This document shows positions 12,712-24,326 of a stretch of DNA of 64,000 bases, in pieces. How positions within the stretch are numbered: the stretch's first letter is position 1; every line of letters starts with the position of its first letter. The stretch comes from Nostoc sp. GTDB taxonomy: Bacteria > Cyanobacteriota > Cyanobacteriia > Cyanobacteriales > Nostocaceae. A program made the position numbers and the translations under genes. The notes under the pieces were generated by a model. That model was not told the origin of the DNA. It worked only from the letters and a program-made list of their open reading frames with translations, and did not search any database. The stretch is from assembly GCA_036918135.1 (NCBI GenBank), contig JBALDB010000038.1, positions 64,001 through 128,000 of the forward strand, written 5' to 3'.

Positions 12712-12915
12712 TTAAACTGCCCTGAAGTCATCGCTATCCGATGGATACTTGAGCGTTACTGCCGCTCTTCCGCCACTAATTTGTTCTAATTCTTTTTCAG
12801 ATATTTCTTCACAGACTTGCTCCTCTAAAAAGCGAGAAAAGAATGGCATTGCTGATGACTTCAAATCTTGCTCTGGCTTAAAAGCTTTTGCACCAATACT
12901 AGGTTCTACTTTCAT
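12712..12915 (-). CDS. mdnA: Microviridin precursor peptide 2 (single core)
   Basis: Leader PFFSRFL, double-Gly motif ELEQISGG, core TLKYPSDSDD; GGAG RBS upstream. Confidence 0.9.
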   Translation of the reverse strand: MKVEPSIGAKAFKPEQDLKSSAMPFFSRFLEEQVCEEISEKELEQISGGRAAVTLKYPSDSDDFRAV

Positions 12916-13003
12916 CTCAAAACTCCCTTGACTATGTAATATTCAAAAACTTGTTGTAATGATTTAACAGTGGATAACACTTGATTTATGCAAACTTATG
13001 TGA

Positions 13004-13966
13004 TTAATTTTGTAAAACCTCAGCGATCGCCTGTGAAATCGGTAAGCCAGGACAGCGTTCCAGCCAGAAAAACTCGCCAACTGGGTTAACCTCAAGAAAT
13101 ACATACCGATTATCAGGAGTCAAAATAATATCAATAGCTCCATAATTTAAACGGAATTCTGCCATAAGTTTGAGCAGTTTCTCTTCAACATCTTCAGGTA
13201 AACTGTATGACTCCCAAGCATCGAGTAAAGCAATTCCCTGTTTGCGCCAATCGTAACGTGCTTTATCCAAAGCTTGAGAATCAACCGCAGCCGTCAGCAC
13301 GCGTTTACCTACAATAATTGTCCGCAACTCCAATGCTTTGGGAATTTTTTCTTGAAATGTCATTGGGCAAAAACGTAAGCCATCGAGGTTATCCAAGTCC
13401 TCAGATGAAATTGGATTTGTAAATACAACTTTTTCTCGTCCTTGTTCATCATAAATAGCAAAGGAAGAGAGCATTTTTGTAATTATTCCCTGCTGACATT
13501 CTTGGGCAAATTGCTTTACTGCCAGTGGATTATTAGTAGTCAAGGTGCGTGGCGTATCTAGACCTATCTTTCTTGCTATTTGTAATTGCAATTGCTTATT
13601 TTCAGCTCGCCGAATATTCGGCAGAGGGTCGAGATGAAAACCTTTGATGCTGGCAATCATTCCCTGAATGGTAACACGAGATTCTTTTAGTGAAGCTTGT
13701 CTGAGTTGCCTATCCATATCAGGAATTTTTGCCCCAATAGCGATACGTCGATACCAAACTGCTGATACCTCATTTAAATCTAATGTTTGGTCATCGACGC
13801 TAAGAGTAACCCGTTCGGTTTCGCCATAATAAACATCTAGCAGTATTTCTGTAGGAAAGCGGTCTGTATCAAAACGAAATGCTTTTCCTCCTTGGGCTTC
13901 AATTGCTTGAATAACTAAAGGAATACTTTCGTTGTCTTGGCTGTGAGTAATGATTAAAACAATCAC
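13004..13966 (-). CDS. mdnC: Microviridin ATP-grasp ester ligase (MdnC/MvdD)
   Basis: DNESIPLVI..AFRFDTDRFP, VWYRR, FCPMTFQE, DWRK, FLEVNPVGEFFWLE; GTG start at 13966 after GGAG. Confidence 0.9.
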   Translation of the reverse strand: MIVLIITHSQDNESIPLVIQAIEAQGGKAFRFDTDRFPTEILLDVYYGETERVTLSVDDQTLDLNEVSAVWYRRIAIGAKIPDMDRQLRQASLKESRVTIQGMIASIKGFHLDPLPNIRRAENKQLQLQIARKIGLDTPRTLTTNNPLAVKQFAQECQQGIITKMLSSFAIYDEQGREKVVFTNPISSEDLDNLDGLRFCPMTFQEKIPKALELRTIIVGKRVLTAAVDSQALDKARYDWRKQGIALLDAWESYSLPEDVEEKLLKLMAEFRLNYGAIDIILTPDNRYVFLEVNPVGEFFWLERCPGLPISQAIAEVLQN

Positions 13967-14032
13967 GTCGCTTCGCTCCAAATTCAAAATTCAAAATTCA
14001 AAATTAACAACCCTGTAAATTTATAAAGGCTG

Positions 14033-15055
14033 TTAGCTGGTTTTGAATTTTTCAGAAAGAGCATTAAACTTAGGGCTTGTTGAAAGTAGTGCATCAGCGA
14101 TCGCATCGGCAATTGGATAGTCTAAATCTCTCTCTAACATTCCCCACTCTCCTGTGGGATTAATTTCTAAAAAAACATATTCTCCTGATGGTGTTTTAAT
14201 TAAGTCAAATGCTCCAAAAACCAGTCCAAATCTTGCCATAAAAGCATCCAGACAACAAATTAGGTTATCAGGTAATTGATATGGTTGCCAGGTCAAAACT
14301 TCTTTTGTTCCACGTCGCCAATCTTGAGTAGATGCTGCATATCCGGATGCATCTAACGCCCCAACAAACAGATTACCGTTTACATACACTGCGCGTAATT
14401 CTAACTGTTTGGGGATTTGTTCTTGAAATACAACTGGACAATAACGCAGTGTTTCAGCATCAATTAAGTCTTCTTCTTGAACGGCGCTAGTGTACATGAA
14501 AAAAGAAGAGGCTTGCATACCATAAGAAAGAGGTCTAAGCAGCTTGGCAACCATTTTTTTGTTAACTTGGTGAAAAAACTCTCGTGCTTGTTGAGGATTG
14601 TTGGTTACGAGAGTCTGAGGTATCACAAGACCTACTTCCGATGCAATCCGCAGTTGACGTAACTTGTTTTCAGCTGCACTGATGCGCTGTAAATCATCCA
14701 CCCAAGTAGCTGTCCTCAGGCTGTCCCAAAAGCCATCTAAGACAGCGAGTGATTCATTAGAGCAAGCTGCTTGAAACTGTGGAGCTAATTCTTTACCTAA
14801 ATCGGGTTGCCAAATCCGCCGCATCCATACTGCTTGTACTTGCTCGGTGTTAAGGGAGCTTTCTTTATAATTCAGTGTATGATTGCTGCCAGAGTTGCTT
14901 AAATTAGCCTGGAGTTGAACTGCTGTTGGAAACTTATCAGTATCAAGACGAAATGGCTGTGCGCCTCCTTTAGATACAGCTTCGGCAACTCTATCTATTG
15001 TGAAGTAATCACCACTATGGCTGATTAATAAAACTACATCGCGCTCAAGGTGCAT
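14033..15055 (-). CDS. mdnB: Microviridin ATP-grasp amide ligase (MdnB/MvdC)
   Basis: HSGDYFTIDRVAEA, RRIWQP, DWRR, FLEINPTGEWGMLE. Confidence 0.9.
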   Translation of the reverse strand: MHLERDVVLLISHSGDYFTIDRVAEAVSKGGAQPFRLDTDKFPTAVQLQANLSNSGSNHTLNYKESSLNTEQVQAVWMRRIWQPDLGKELAPQFQAACSNESLAVLDGFWDSLRTATWVDDLQRISAAENKLRQLRIASEVGLVIPQTLVTNNPQQAREFFHQVNKKMVAKLLRPLSYGMQASSFFMYTSAVQEEDLIDAETLRYCPVVFQEQIPKQLELRAVYVNGNLFVGALDASGYAASTQDWRRGTKEVLTWQPYQLPDNLICCLDAFMARFGLVFGAFDLIKTPSGEYVFLEINPTGEWGMLERDLDYPIADAIADALLSTSPKFNALSEKFKTS

Positions 15056-15145
15056 AAAATATTTTCATTCAGTTTTTGTATTTTCCCCATTGTCAACTTT
15101 TAAGGAAGCAAGATATTAAAAAGGTGAACTTAGTTTTAATGGGAA

Positions 15146-15168
15146 GCCAACCCCATCTAGGGGTTGGC
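15146..15168 (-). terminator. Stem-loop between precursor 1 and mdnB
   Basis: GCCAACCCC-N5-GGGGTTGGC, perfect 9-bp stem with no strong U tract. Confidence 0.5.
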
Positions 15169-15237
15169 AAAGCTAACAGTATTTTATTGTGATAATTTTT
15201 CAAAACCGCACCATTTGATGTACTCAAAAGTATGCAG

Positions 15238-15528
15238 TTATTCTTCAGGAAAATTATGATCGTCCCCATCTGAAGGATACTTATTAGTATAAGGCTCATC
15301 AGAATCAGAGGGGGCTTTTCTCGTTGCTATTGGGCTATCTTCTTGATCGGATGGAAACTTCAGAGTTTGATCGACTTCATCAGCCTTCTTCTTAGTTACA
15401 CCACACTTTCCACCGCTAAGCGCTTCTGATTCTTCATCAGATAAGTCTTCAAAGCTTTGCCCTTCTAAAAATCGGGCAAAGAAGGGTACTGCTTGTAAAT
15501 TCGGTTCTTCTGGTTTGTTTTCAGGCAT
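15238..15528 (-). CDS. mdnA: Multicore microviridin precursor peptide 1
   Basis: PFFARFL leader, ESEALSGG double-Gly site, cores TLKFPSDQED, TRKAPSDSDE and TNKYPSDGDD. Confidence 0.93.
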   Translation of the reverse strand: MPENKPEEPNLQAVPFFARFLEGQSFEDLSDEESEALSGGKCGVTKKKADEVDQTLKFPSDQEDSPIATRKAPSDSDEPYTNKYPSDGDDHNFPEE

Positions 15529-15835
15529 AATTTTTGATTACGGTAAACTAAAGATAAATTTACACTAGTGCCCATGATATTACATAGTATTTCATATATC
15601 AAGTAATAATTTCATCTTAAATTATTCTTAATATTTACATAAAAATACTTATTTACTTATTTACAATTTATTATTAATTGATACTAAATAATATTTCATT
15701 AATAATATCAGACATACAGGAATGCCATTTGATTGCGTGAAAAAATAACTTGCACCTCAAGTAACAAGCAAGAAGCAATTAATACTTTCCCCATCCCTAT
15801 AAATTCACAAATCAAACAGGAGTGCTATAGAAACA

Positions 15836-17980
15836 ATGAAATATCAGATCGTGCTGCAACATAGTGAGGAAGATTGTGGAGCAGCGTGTATTGCCAGTAT
15901 AGCTAAACATTACGGACGTAGTTTTGCGATCGCTCGTGTTCGGGAAGCTGTTGGTACGGGAGCGCAAGGTACAACTCTTGTGGGTTTGAAACGTGGTGCC
16001 CAAAGCCTTGGATTCAACGCCCGTCCAGTCAGGGCTACACCAAAACTAATTGAGAAACTCCATGAAGCACCTCTGCCCGCTATTATCCACTGGAAAGGAT
16101 ACCACTGGGTAGTTTTATATGGAAAAAAAGGTAAAAAATATGTGATTGCCGATCCTAGTAGTGGTATCCGCTATCTGACTCTTGAAGAATTAACTATAGG
16201 TTGGGCAAATTACGTGATGTTACTGTTATTTCCAGATGAAATCCATTTTTATCAACAAGAATCAGATAAAATTACGGGTTTCAGTCGCTTTTTAGCGCGA
16301 GTTTTACCTTATCGGCATATTTTAATCGAAGCAATTTTAATTAACATAGCAATGGGAATCTTTTCCCTTGCAACTCCTTTTTTAATTCAAATTCTCACTG
16401 ATGATGTACTAGTTAGAGGAGATACCCAACTTTTAACCACAGTTGCTATTGGTGTAGTAGCGATAAATCTCTTTACCAGCACGCTAACACTCGTACAGTC
16501 TAACTTAATTGCCCACTTTGCTCAACGCTTAGAATTGGGACTCACTCTCGAATTTGGCAGACAAATTTTACGCCTTCCTCTTACTTACTATGAAGCCCGG
16601 CGTAGTGGTGAAATTGTTAGCCGTCTCCGAGATATTCAAGAAATTAATCAGATGGTTTCCCAAGTCGTTATTGCCATTCCCAGTCAATTTTTTGTGGCGG
16701 CAATTTCACTAGCTTTTATGGTGTTTTATAGTGTTAAGTTACTTGGTTTATCGGTAATAGTTGCATTAATTATGTCTTTATCAACCATCATATTTCTGCC
16801 TACTTTACGGCAAAAAATCCGTAATCTCCTTGTTACACAAGCTGAGAATCAAGGAATACTGGTAGAGATTTTTAAAGGCATACTAACTGTAAAAACTGCT
16901 AATGCCGCCCCCCAAGCTTGGGAGGAAATTCAAAGCCGTTTCGGTAATTTGGCTCATCTAAGTTTTAGTACTATTCAAATTGGTATTATTAATAATGTAT
17001 TTTCGGGATTAGTTTCTGGTTTTGGCAATCTTGCTATACTTTGGTTTGGTAGCAGTCTAGTTATTAATCAAGAATTAAGTATCGGTCAACTGTTAGCATT
17101 TAATGCAATGAATGCTAATTTTAATATATTGATTACTACAATCATTAGTTTTGTAGATGAATTTGCCAGAATCCAGACTGCAACCCAACGGATTACCGAA
17201 GTAATTGAGAGTACGCCTGAAGACCAAAATGAAGAAAAGAAGCCTTGGGCAGTAATCTCTGGTAATACTGATATTATTTGTACTAATATCAACTTCCACC
17301 ATACAGGTAGAGCAGACTTATTACAAGACTTTTCTCTAACTATTCCTGGAGGTAAAGTCACAGCACTGATTGGTAAATCTGGCTGTGGAAAAAGTACTTT
17401 AGCTAAATTAATGGCCGGGTTGTATCCTTTGCAATCAGGTAATATTCGCTTCGGTATTTATAACCAGAAAGATTTATCTTTAGAATGCCGACGACAACAG
17501 GTAGTATTAGTTCCGCAAGAACCCCACTTCTGGAGTCGTTCAATTTTAGAGAATTTTCACTTTAGCTATCCTCAGGCTACATTTGAACAAATAGTTCGGG
17601 CTTGCCAAATTGCTGGTGCTGACGAATTCATCTGCGAATTACCAGATAATTACCAAACTGTATTAGGCGAATTTGGTGTAAATATTTCGGGTGGACAAAA
17701 GCAGAGATTAGCCTTAGCTAGAGCAATAGTTACAGAGCCACCAATACTAATTTTAGATGAATCGACTAGTGCATTAGACCCAATATTAGAATCACAAGTA
17801 TTAGATAAACTTTTACATTACCGAGAAGGTAAAACCACAATTATGATTAGCCACCGTCCGAGAGTTATACTGCGTGCGGATTTTCTTGTTCTATTAGAAA
17901 AAGGACAGTTAAAAATGCAAGGTCTTGTTAAAGAAATGCAACTTCTATCTGGAGAACATTCAGATTTTTTAACTCCGTAA
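15836..17980 (+). CDS. C39 peptidase-containing ABC transporter (PCAT)
   Basis: QHSEEDCGAAC, HWVVL and ADP catalytic residues; TM domain; GKSGCGKS, ISGGQKQR, LILDES. Confidence 0.93.
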   Translation: MKYQIVLQHSEEDCGAACIASIAKHYGRSFAIARVREAVGTGAQGTTLVGLKRGAQSLGFNARPVRATPKLIEKLHEAPLPAIIHWKGYHWVVLYGKKGKKYVIADPSSGIRYLTLEELTIGWANYVMLLLFPDEIHFYQQESDKITGFSRFLARVLPYRHILIEAILINIAMGIFSLATPFLIQILTDDVLVRGDTQLLTTVAIGVVAINLFTSTLTLVQSNLIAHFAQRLELGLTLEFGRQILRLPLTYYEARRSGEIVSRLRDIQEINQMVSQVVIAIPSQFFVAAISLAFMVFYSVKLLGLSVIVALIMSLSTIIFLPTLRQKIRNLLVTQAENQGILVEIFKGILTVKTANAAPQAWEEIQSRFGNLAHLSFSTIQIGIINNVFSGLVSGFGNLAILWFGSSLVINQELSIGQLLAFNAMNANFNILITTIISFVDEFARIQTATQRITEVIESTPEDQNEEKKPWAVISGNTDIICTNINFHHTGRADLLQDFSLTIPGGKVTALIGKSGCGKSTLAKLMAGLYPLQSGNIRFGIYNQKDLSLECRRQQVVLVPQEPHFWSRSILENFHFSYPQATFEQIVRACQIAGADEFICELPDNYQTVLGEFGVNISGGQKQRLALARAIVTEPPILILDESTSALDPILESQVLDKLLHYREGKTTIMISHRPRVILRADFLVLLEKGQLKMQGLVKEMQLLSGEHSDFLTP

Positions 17981-18204
17981 AAGTGACTGGAGATGAGAAG
18001 ATGAGAAGATGAGAAGAATAACTCTTAACTCCCTGCTAGAGATTGAAATACACAGTTTTATTTAAATAACAATCATTCATAAGAATGAAATTTTAATAGA
18101 TAATTTCATACCAAATTAAGTTTAAAAAAACTGTATGAACGATAATTTCCTGATTTTAAAGTGTTTTAATAAAGTTATTACTGAAGTTTTAGAGAGGCGA
18201 AAAC

Positions 18205-18570
18205 ATGAAAGGTTTCAGGAAGCTATCCTCCATAGCATTATTGCTATTTGCCTTTGTGTATCCACCCTCATTAGTACAAGCAAAGGATATTTCTCTAAAT
18301 AATGCTGTTAATGAACAGAGTGTGACGCCAGAGGCTAACCTTGTTGGAAATCGAAAAGCAGAGCTTTTAATTGCTCGACGGCCGTACTCAGGACGATATC
18401 AGATTATCCGACGCCAGTCTCCCAGACGATACCAAAATATCCGACGACGGGAACGCTTTGAACGATACCAAAATATCCGACGACGGGAACGATACCAAAA
18501 TATTCGAGAGCTACAGTTAAGACGGCAACAGGAATTAAGACGACGAGAGTACAGGCGTCAATGGTATTAA
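18205..18570 (+). CDS. Secreted Arg-rich hypothetical protein with RYQNIRRRE repeats
   Basis: Signal peptide ending VQA, GAGG RBS, repeated CGATACCAAAATATCCGACGACGGGAA. Confidence 0.7.
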   Translation: MKGFRKLSSIALLLFAFVYPPSLVQAKDISLNNAVNEQSVTPEANLVGNRKAELLIARRPYSGRYQIIRRQSPRRYQNIRRRERFERYQNIRRRERYQNIRELQLRRQQELRRREYRRQWY

Positions 18571-18757
18571 CAACATCCAAGGCAAGATTAATTGGCGTTG
18601 AATATTTGCAGGATAGGTAGGAGAGCTTGTCCCTTGTATTTCCGGGGGGGCTTTCCTGCCTATCTCCATATAGAATCATAGCTAGTTTTATGCAACGCCG
18701 ATTAATAATTGGTTAGTGGTTAATAGGAAACCACTAACCATTAACTGTTGTCAGATT

Positions 18758-19762
18758 TTAATGACTTGCTACAACCTCTGTTTCCAGGCGAACTAGTCGG
18801 TCTGCCAAAAGTTTTTCAAGGTCTTCTAATGCCTTGGTGAAACCTTTGATGCCCTCGTCTAGTTTTTCATTTGCCATGCGGTCAGCAGCGTGCATCTTGT
18901 CAAAGGTAGCTTTGTCAATGGATAATTTTTCAATTTCCAAGTCTGCTACTTTGGCGGGGTCGAGTTTGCGTGGTAGTTCTCCGATAGTTGCATGTAATTC
19001 TGCCAAAAGCGATGGAGAAATTGTCAACAAATCACTACCTGCAAGTTCAGTTATTTCGCCAACATTCCGGAAGCTAGCTCCCATAACTTCGGTTTTATAG
19101 CTGAATTTTTTGTAGTAGTTGTAGATTTTGGTGACTGACAAAACTCCTGGATCTTCGGCTGCTGGATAGCTATCGCGTCCGGTATCTTTTTTGTACCAGT
19201 CGAGAATCCGACCGACAAAGGGAGAAATTAGGGTGGCATTAGCTTCTGCACAAGCGATCGCTTGGTGCAAACCGAACAACAAGGTAAGGTTACAATGAAT
19301 ACCTTCTTTTTCAAGAATTTCCGCAGCGCGAATGCCTTCCCAGGTAGTGGCAATTTTAATTAGCACGCGATCGCGGCCAATTCCAGCAGCTTTATACTGA
19401 GCAATTAATTCCCGTGCCTTCTCAACGGTCGCTTCAGTGTCATAGGACAAGCGAGCATCCACTTCCGTAGACACGCGACCAGGAATAATTTGCAAAATCT
19501 TCAATCCAAAAGCCACTGCCAGACGCTCAAATGCTAGAGAAGCTATTTGTTCTTGGGTAGCTCCGGCTCCAGCATCTTTTTTTGCCTGAAGTAAAGTCTG
19601 ATCGACAACTTCCTGATATTCTGGCATTTGTGCCGCAGCTGTAATCAAGGAGGGGTTTGTGGTGGCGTCTCGGGGTTTGAACTTTTCAATTGCTTGAATA
19701 TCCCCTGTATCTGCAACCACAACAGTCATTTCTCGCAATTGTTCTAGTAAACTTTTAGACAT
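18758..19762 (-). CDS. tal: Transaldolase
   Basis: [45 protein letters not shown]. Confidence 0.96.
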   Translation of the reverse strand: MSKSLLEQLREMTVVVADTGDIQAIEKFKPRDATTNPSLITAAAQMPEYQEVVDQTLLQAKKDAGAGATQEQIASLAFERLAVAFGLKILQIIPGRVSTEVDARLSYDTEATVEKARELIAQYKAAGIGRDRVLIKIATTWEGIRAAEILEKEGIHCNLTLLFGLHQAIACAEANATLISPFVGRILDWYKKDTGRDSYPAAEDPGVLSVTKIYNYYKKFSYKTEVMGASFRNVGEITELAGSDLLTISPSLLAELHATIGELPRKLDPAKVADLEIEKLSIDKATFDKMHAADRMANEKLDEGIKGFTKALEDLEKLLADRLVRLETEVVASH

Positions 19763-20029
19763 AAAATACTCCGTGATGTTTGTTTAGGATTTACTTGATT
19801 CCTTAGTAAGTGTTGACTGTTGACTGTTGACTGTTGAGCCTCGCCAGAAATTCTAAAGCAAGGTGTCAGGAGTTATATATTTTCTCCTTTGCTCCTTGTC
19901 CCTGAAGCCCCTCACCTTTCCATCTCCCCAGTCCCTAGTCCCCAGTCTCTTCAATTCTGATTCTGGCAATTTTTCTTAATATTGCCTAATTTTGTTTACT
20001 ATCCAGAGCCACAGCCCTATTCTAAATGC

Positions 20030-21460
20030 CTATGCAGAAATTGGTTGTCCAATGGAATGCACTTTGATTAAACTGGTTGTTCCTGATTTACCAATTGGAA
20101 CGCCAGAGGTAATCACAACCTGATCTCCCTTCTTCGCTAGACCCAAATCTAGGACTCTGTTCACCACATTTGTAAACATTTCTTCAGCATTGTGGACTGG
20201 TGGAATTAGCAAAGGTTCAACTCCCCAGGAAAGTGCTAGCTGGCGGTAAGCAGTGGCGTCAGAGGTCAAGGCAATAATTGGAGAAGTTGGGCGATATTTT
20301 GATACCATTCTTGCCGTACTCCCTGAGGTCGTGTTACAGAGAATTGCCCGTGAGCCGGTTTCATAGGCGATGCGACACACCGCTTCTGCTACAGATTCGG
20401 TGACGCTGAGACTACCAGGTTCATGACACCAAGAATGTCTGCCGCCCTCATCTAAAGCCTGTTCTGTCCGCACGGCAATGTTATGCATCATCTGCACGGC
20501 AGCGATGGGGTATTCTCCTACGGCAGTTTCACCAGAAAGCATTACCGCATCTGTACCATCCAAAATGGAGTTAGCAACATCTGTGGCCTCGGCGCGGGTG
20601 GGGTCGGGGGCGCTAATCATCGACTCTAGCATTTGCGTGGCTGTAATCACGGGCTTGCCAGCTTGATTGCAACGGCGAGTGATATCTTTTTGAATCAGAG
20701 GGACTTCATGAATCGGCATTTCCACACCCAAATCGCCACGCGCAATCATAATGCCGTCGGCAACTTTCAAAATGGAGTCAAACTGCTCTACCGCCTCTGC
20801 TCTTTCAATTTTGGCAATTAAGCGGATAGAAGCGCCAGCAGCTTCAATCATCCTTTGAGCGGGTTCTAAATCTTGTGGCGATCGCACAAAAGACACTGCC
20901 ACCCAGTCTACACCCAACTGAATCCCAAAACGCAAATCTAGCAAGTCTTTTTCGGTGATTGAACTCACTGGTAAAGGAGTTTCTGGCAGGTTTACTCCTT
21001 TATGGGTGGAAATTAACCCGCCAATTTTCACCTCTGCCCGGATGCGATCGGCATCGCGATCGGTGACAATCAACTTGACGCGACCATCATTAATTAAAAT
21101 CGGTTCGCCTGGTCGCACCATTGCAAACAAAGTCGGCAATGGTAAAGGCAATTCATCAATACTCTCACCCTTGTCTTGTAAAACAAAGGTAACTTCACTC
21201 CCAGCTTCCACATTTAACCCTTCTGGTGGTAAGATACCCAAGCGGATCTTTGGCCCACACAAATCTTGCATAATAGCGATCGGCCGTTGTTGCTCAGCAC
21301 TAATCTGCCTTAAGTACTGAGCAGTTTTAGCATGGAATTCATAGGCTCCGTGGGAAAAATTCAACCGCGCTACATTCATTCCAGCTTCTACTAAAGCTTG
21401 GAGTTTTTCAGGTGCAGATGTAGCAGGCCCAACAGTACAAATGATTTTGGTTCGACGCAT
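20030..21460 (-). CDS. pyk: Pyruvate kinase
   Basis: RRTKIICTVGP, RLNFSHG, AKIE, ARGDLG, ATQMLESM, MLSGETA; start set at ATG 21460. Confidence 0.96.
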   Translation of the reverse strand: MRRTKIICTVGPATSAPEKLQALVEAGMNVARLNFSHGAYEFHAKTAQYLRQISAEQQRPIAIMQDLCGPKIRLGILPPEGLNVEAGSEVTFVLQDKGESIDELPLPLPTLFAMVRPGEPILINDGRVKLIVTDRDADRIRAEVKIGGLISTHKGVNLPETPLPVSSITEKDLLDLRFGIQLGVDWVAVSFVRSPQDLEPAQRMIEAAGASIRLIAKIERAEAVEQFDSILKVADGIMIARGDLGVEMPIHEVPLIQKDITRRCNQAGKPVITATQMLESMISAPDPTRAEATDVANSILDGTDAVMLSGETAVGEYPIAAVQMMHNIAVRTEQALDEGGRHSWCHEPGSLSVTESVAEAVCRIAYETGSRAILCNTTSGSTARMVSKYRPTSPIIALTSDATAYRQLALSWGVEPLLIPPVHNAEEMFTNVVNRVLDLGLAKKGDQVVITSGVPIGKSGTTSLIKVHSIGQPISA

Positions 21461-21833
21461 AGGGATTAGGGGTTGAGGAATAACCCGCGACATCGATGCT
21501 TGATACCAATTAACAGACTTCAAATTTTATTTAGGTTTCCCGATTTAAATCTTGAGTCTGCTTTTAGAGAATTGGTATTATGCGATGCGATCGCATAAAG
21601 CATCTAAACTCGCAGGTTTTTCATATCACTGGTTTGCTAATAAAGTTAATTTGTTTAGTCTAGTTTTCAAGGTATTTACCATTTGACCCAAATCCCAAAA
21701 GGCAAAAGTCAAAAGTCAAGAGTCAAAAGCTAATGACTAATGACCAATGACTATTGTATAGACACGATTAATGAGCTAGCGCGTTGCGGGGGTTCGCCCC
21801 GTTGTAGCGACTGGCGTCGCGTCTAATGACGAA

Positions 21834-22919
<1,086 letters not shown>

Positions 22920-23092
22920 TTAAAAGTCAAAATAGATTGCCTTTTACTCTTTACTTTATGATCGTGACAGTCTCAGTCAGCGAAGGCATATTTACTTGGC
23001 ATATTTTAAGGTTTGGGGAGGTGGAGATGTGGGGAGACGCGGGGACGCAAAGAAAAACAAACGACCAATGACCAATGACCAATGACCAATGA

Positions 23093-24208
23093 CTAATTTT
23101 TTTGATACCGCATCCCTGGGAGTTGGGAGAGTAAACCCATAAGTTCTAACTGTAACAAAGCACTGGAAACTGAGCCAGCAGGCATATCGGTTTGCTGGAC
23201 AATTAAATCGAAGGGTAAAACATTAAAAGCGATCGCATCCATTACCCGTTGCAATTCGGGTGATAAAGTTGGCATTAACTGTTGTACTGTTGACAATTGC
23301 TCAACTTCATCAATTTGTGGTATTGCTCCCAGCATTGTTAATAATTCGTCTAATTCTTTGAGAATTAAAGAAGCACCTTGAGTTAGTAACTTTAAGCAAC
23401 CTTGGGATTGATAATCGTCCACTCTTCCTGGTAATGCATAGACATCTCTACCAAATTCATTGGCATAGGTGGCTGTAATTAAAGCGCCAGATTTTAATGG
23501 GGCTTCTATCACCAGGATAGCGCGGCTCATCCCTGCAATGATGCGGTTGCGGCGGGGAAAGTGAGTGCGATCGGGTGGGGTTTTTGTGGGATACTCGCTC
23601 ACAACTAACCCAGCCGTCAAAATTTGCTTGTACAAATCTCGATTTTTCTGCGGATAAATAACATCTACACCAGTTCCTAAAACTGCAATTGTCCGTCCAC
23701 CAGCTTTCATGGTGGCAGCGTGGCTTTCTGTATCAATTCCCTCTGCCATCCCAGAAACCACTGTAAAGCCATTTTTCGCCAAAGCTGTGCTAATTTGGCG
23801 AGTCCAACGAATCCCATATTCTGAAGGGCGGCGGGTTCCGACAATCCCAACTAGGGGTTTTTGTCCGAGATTTTCTTGCAGCTCGACTTCACCGCGATAG
23901 TACAAAATTGGCGGCGGACTGGGGGTTTCCAATAGTAAGCGGGGATAATCTGCATCTGCTGGAGTCCAGAAATAAGGGTTTTCCTGTTGGTGTTTGGTGA
24001 ATAGCTGTTCTGGATGTAGGCGCGATCGCTGTTGTACTATTTTTTCAAGTATTTGAAAACCAAAACCCTCTACTTCTCCTAACTGTATCTTGGTAGCGTT
24101 CCAAGCGGTTTCCAGAGTGCCAAAATGCTGTTGTAGCCGTCGCAGTAATACCGGGCCAATCCCCGAAATTTGCGACCAAGCTACCCAATACGCACTTTCT
24201 TCTACCAC
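23093..24208 (-). CDS. dprA: DNA-processing protein DprA
   Basis: IVGTR, VSGMAEGID, FPRRNRII, SGALITA, C-terminal winged helix. Confidence 0.94.
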   Translation of the reverse strand: MVEESAYWVAWSQISGIGPVLLRRLQQHFGTLETAWNATKIQLGEVEGFGFQILEKIVQQRSRLHPEQLFTKHQQENPYFWTPADADYPRLLLETPSPPPILYYRGEVELQENLGQKPLVGIVGTRRPSEYGIRWTRQISTALAKNGFTVVSGMAEGIDTESHAATMKAGGRTIAVLGTGVDVIYPQKNRDLYKQILTAGLVVSEYPTKTPPDRTHFPRRNRIIAGMSRAILVIEAPLKSGALITATYANEFGRDVYALPGRVDDYQSQGCLKLLTQGASLILKELDELLTMLGAIPQIDEVEQLSTVQQLMPTLSPELQRVMDAIAFNVLPFDLIVQQTDMPAGSVSSALLQLELMGLLSQLPGMRYQKN

Positions 24209-24326
24209 TTTTTTATCCTCACGCCTACTGATTTGAGTATTCCCAAAATCAAGTAATAAATTCTTGACTCTTGACTCTTAACCATTGAATATTGACTATT
24301 GACTATTAGTTCTTTCACTAACTTTT

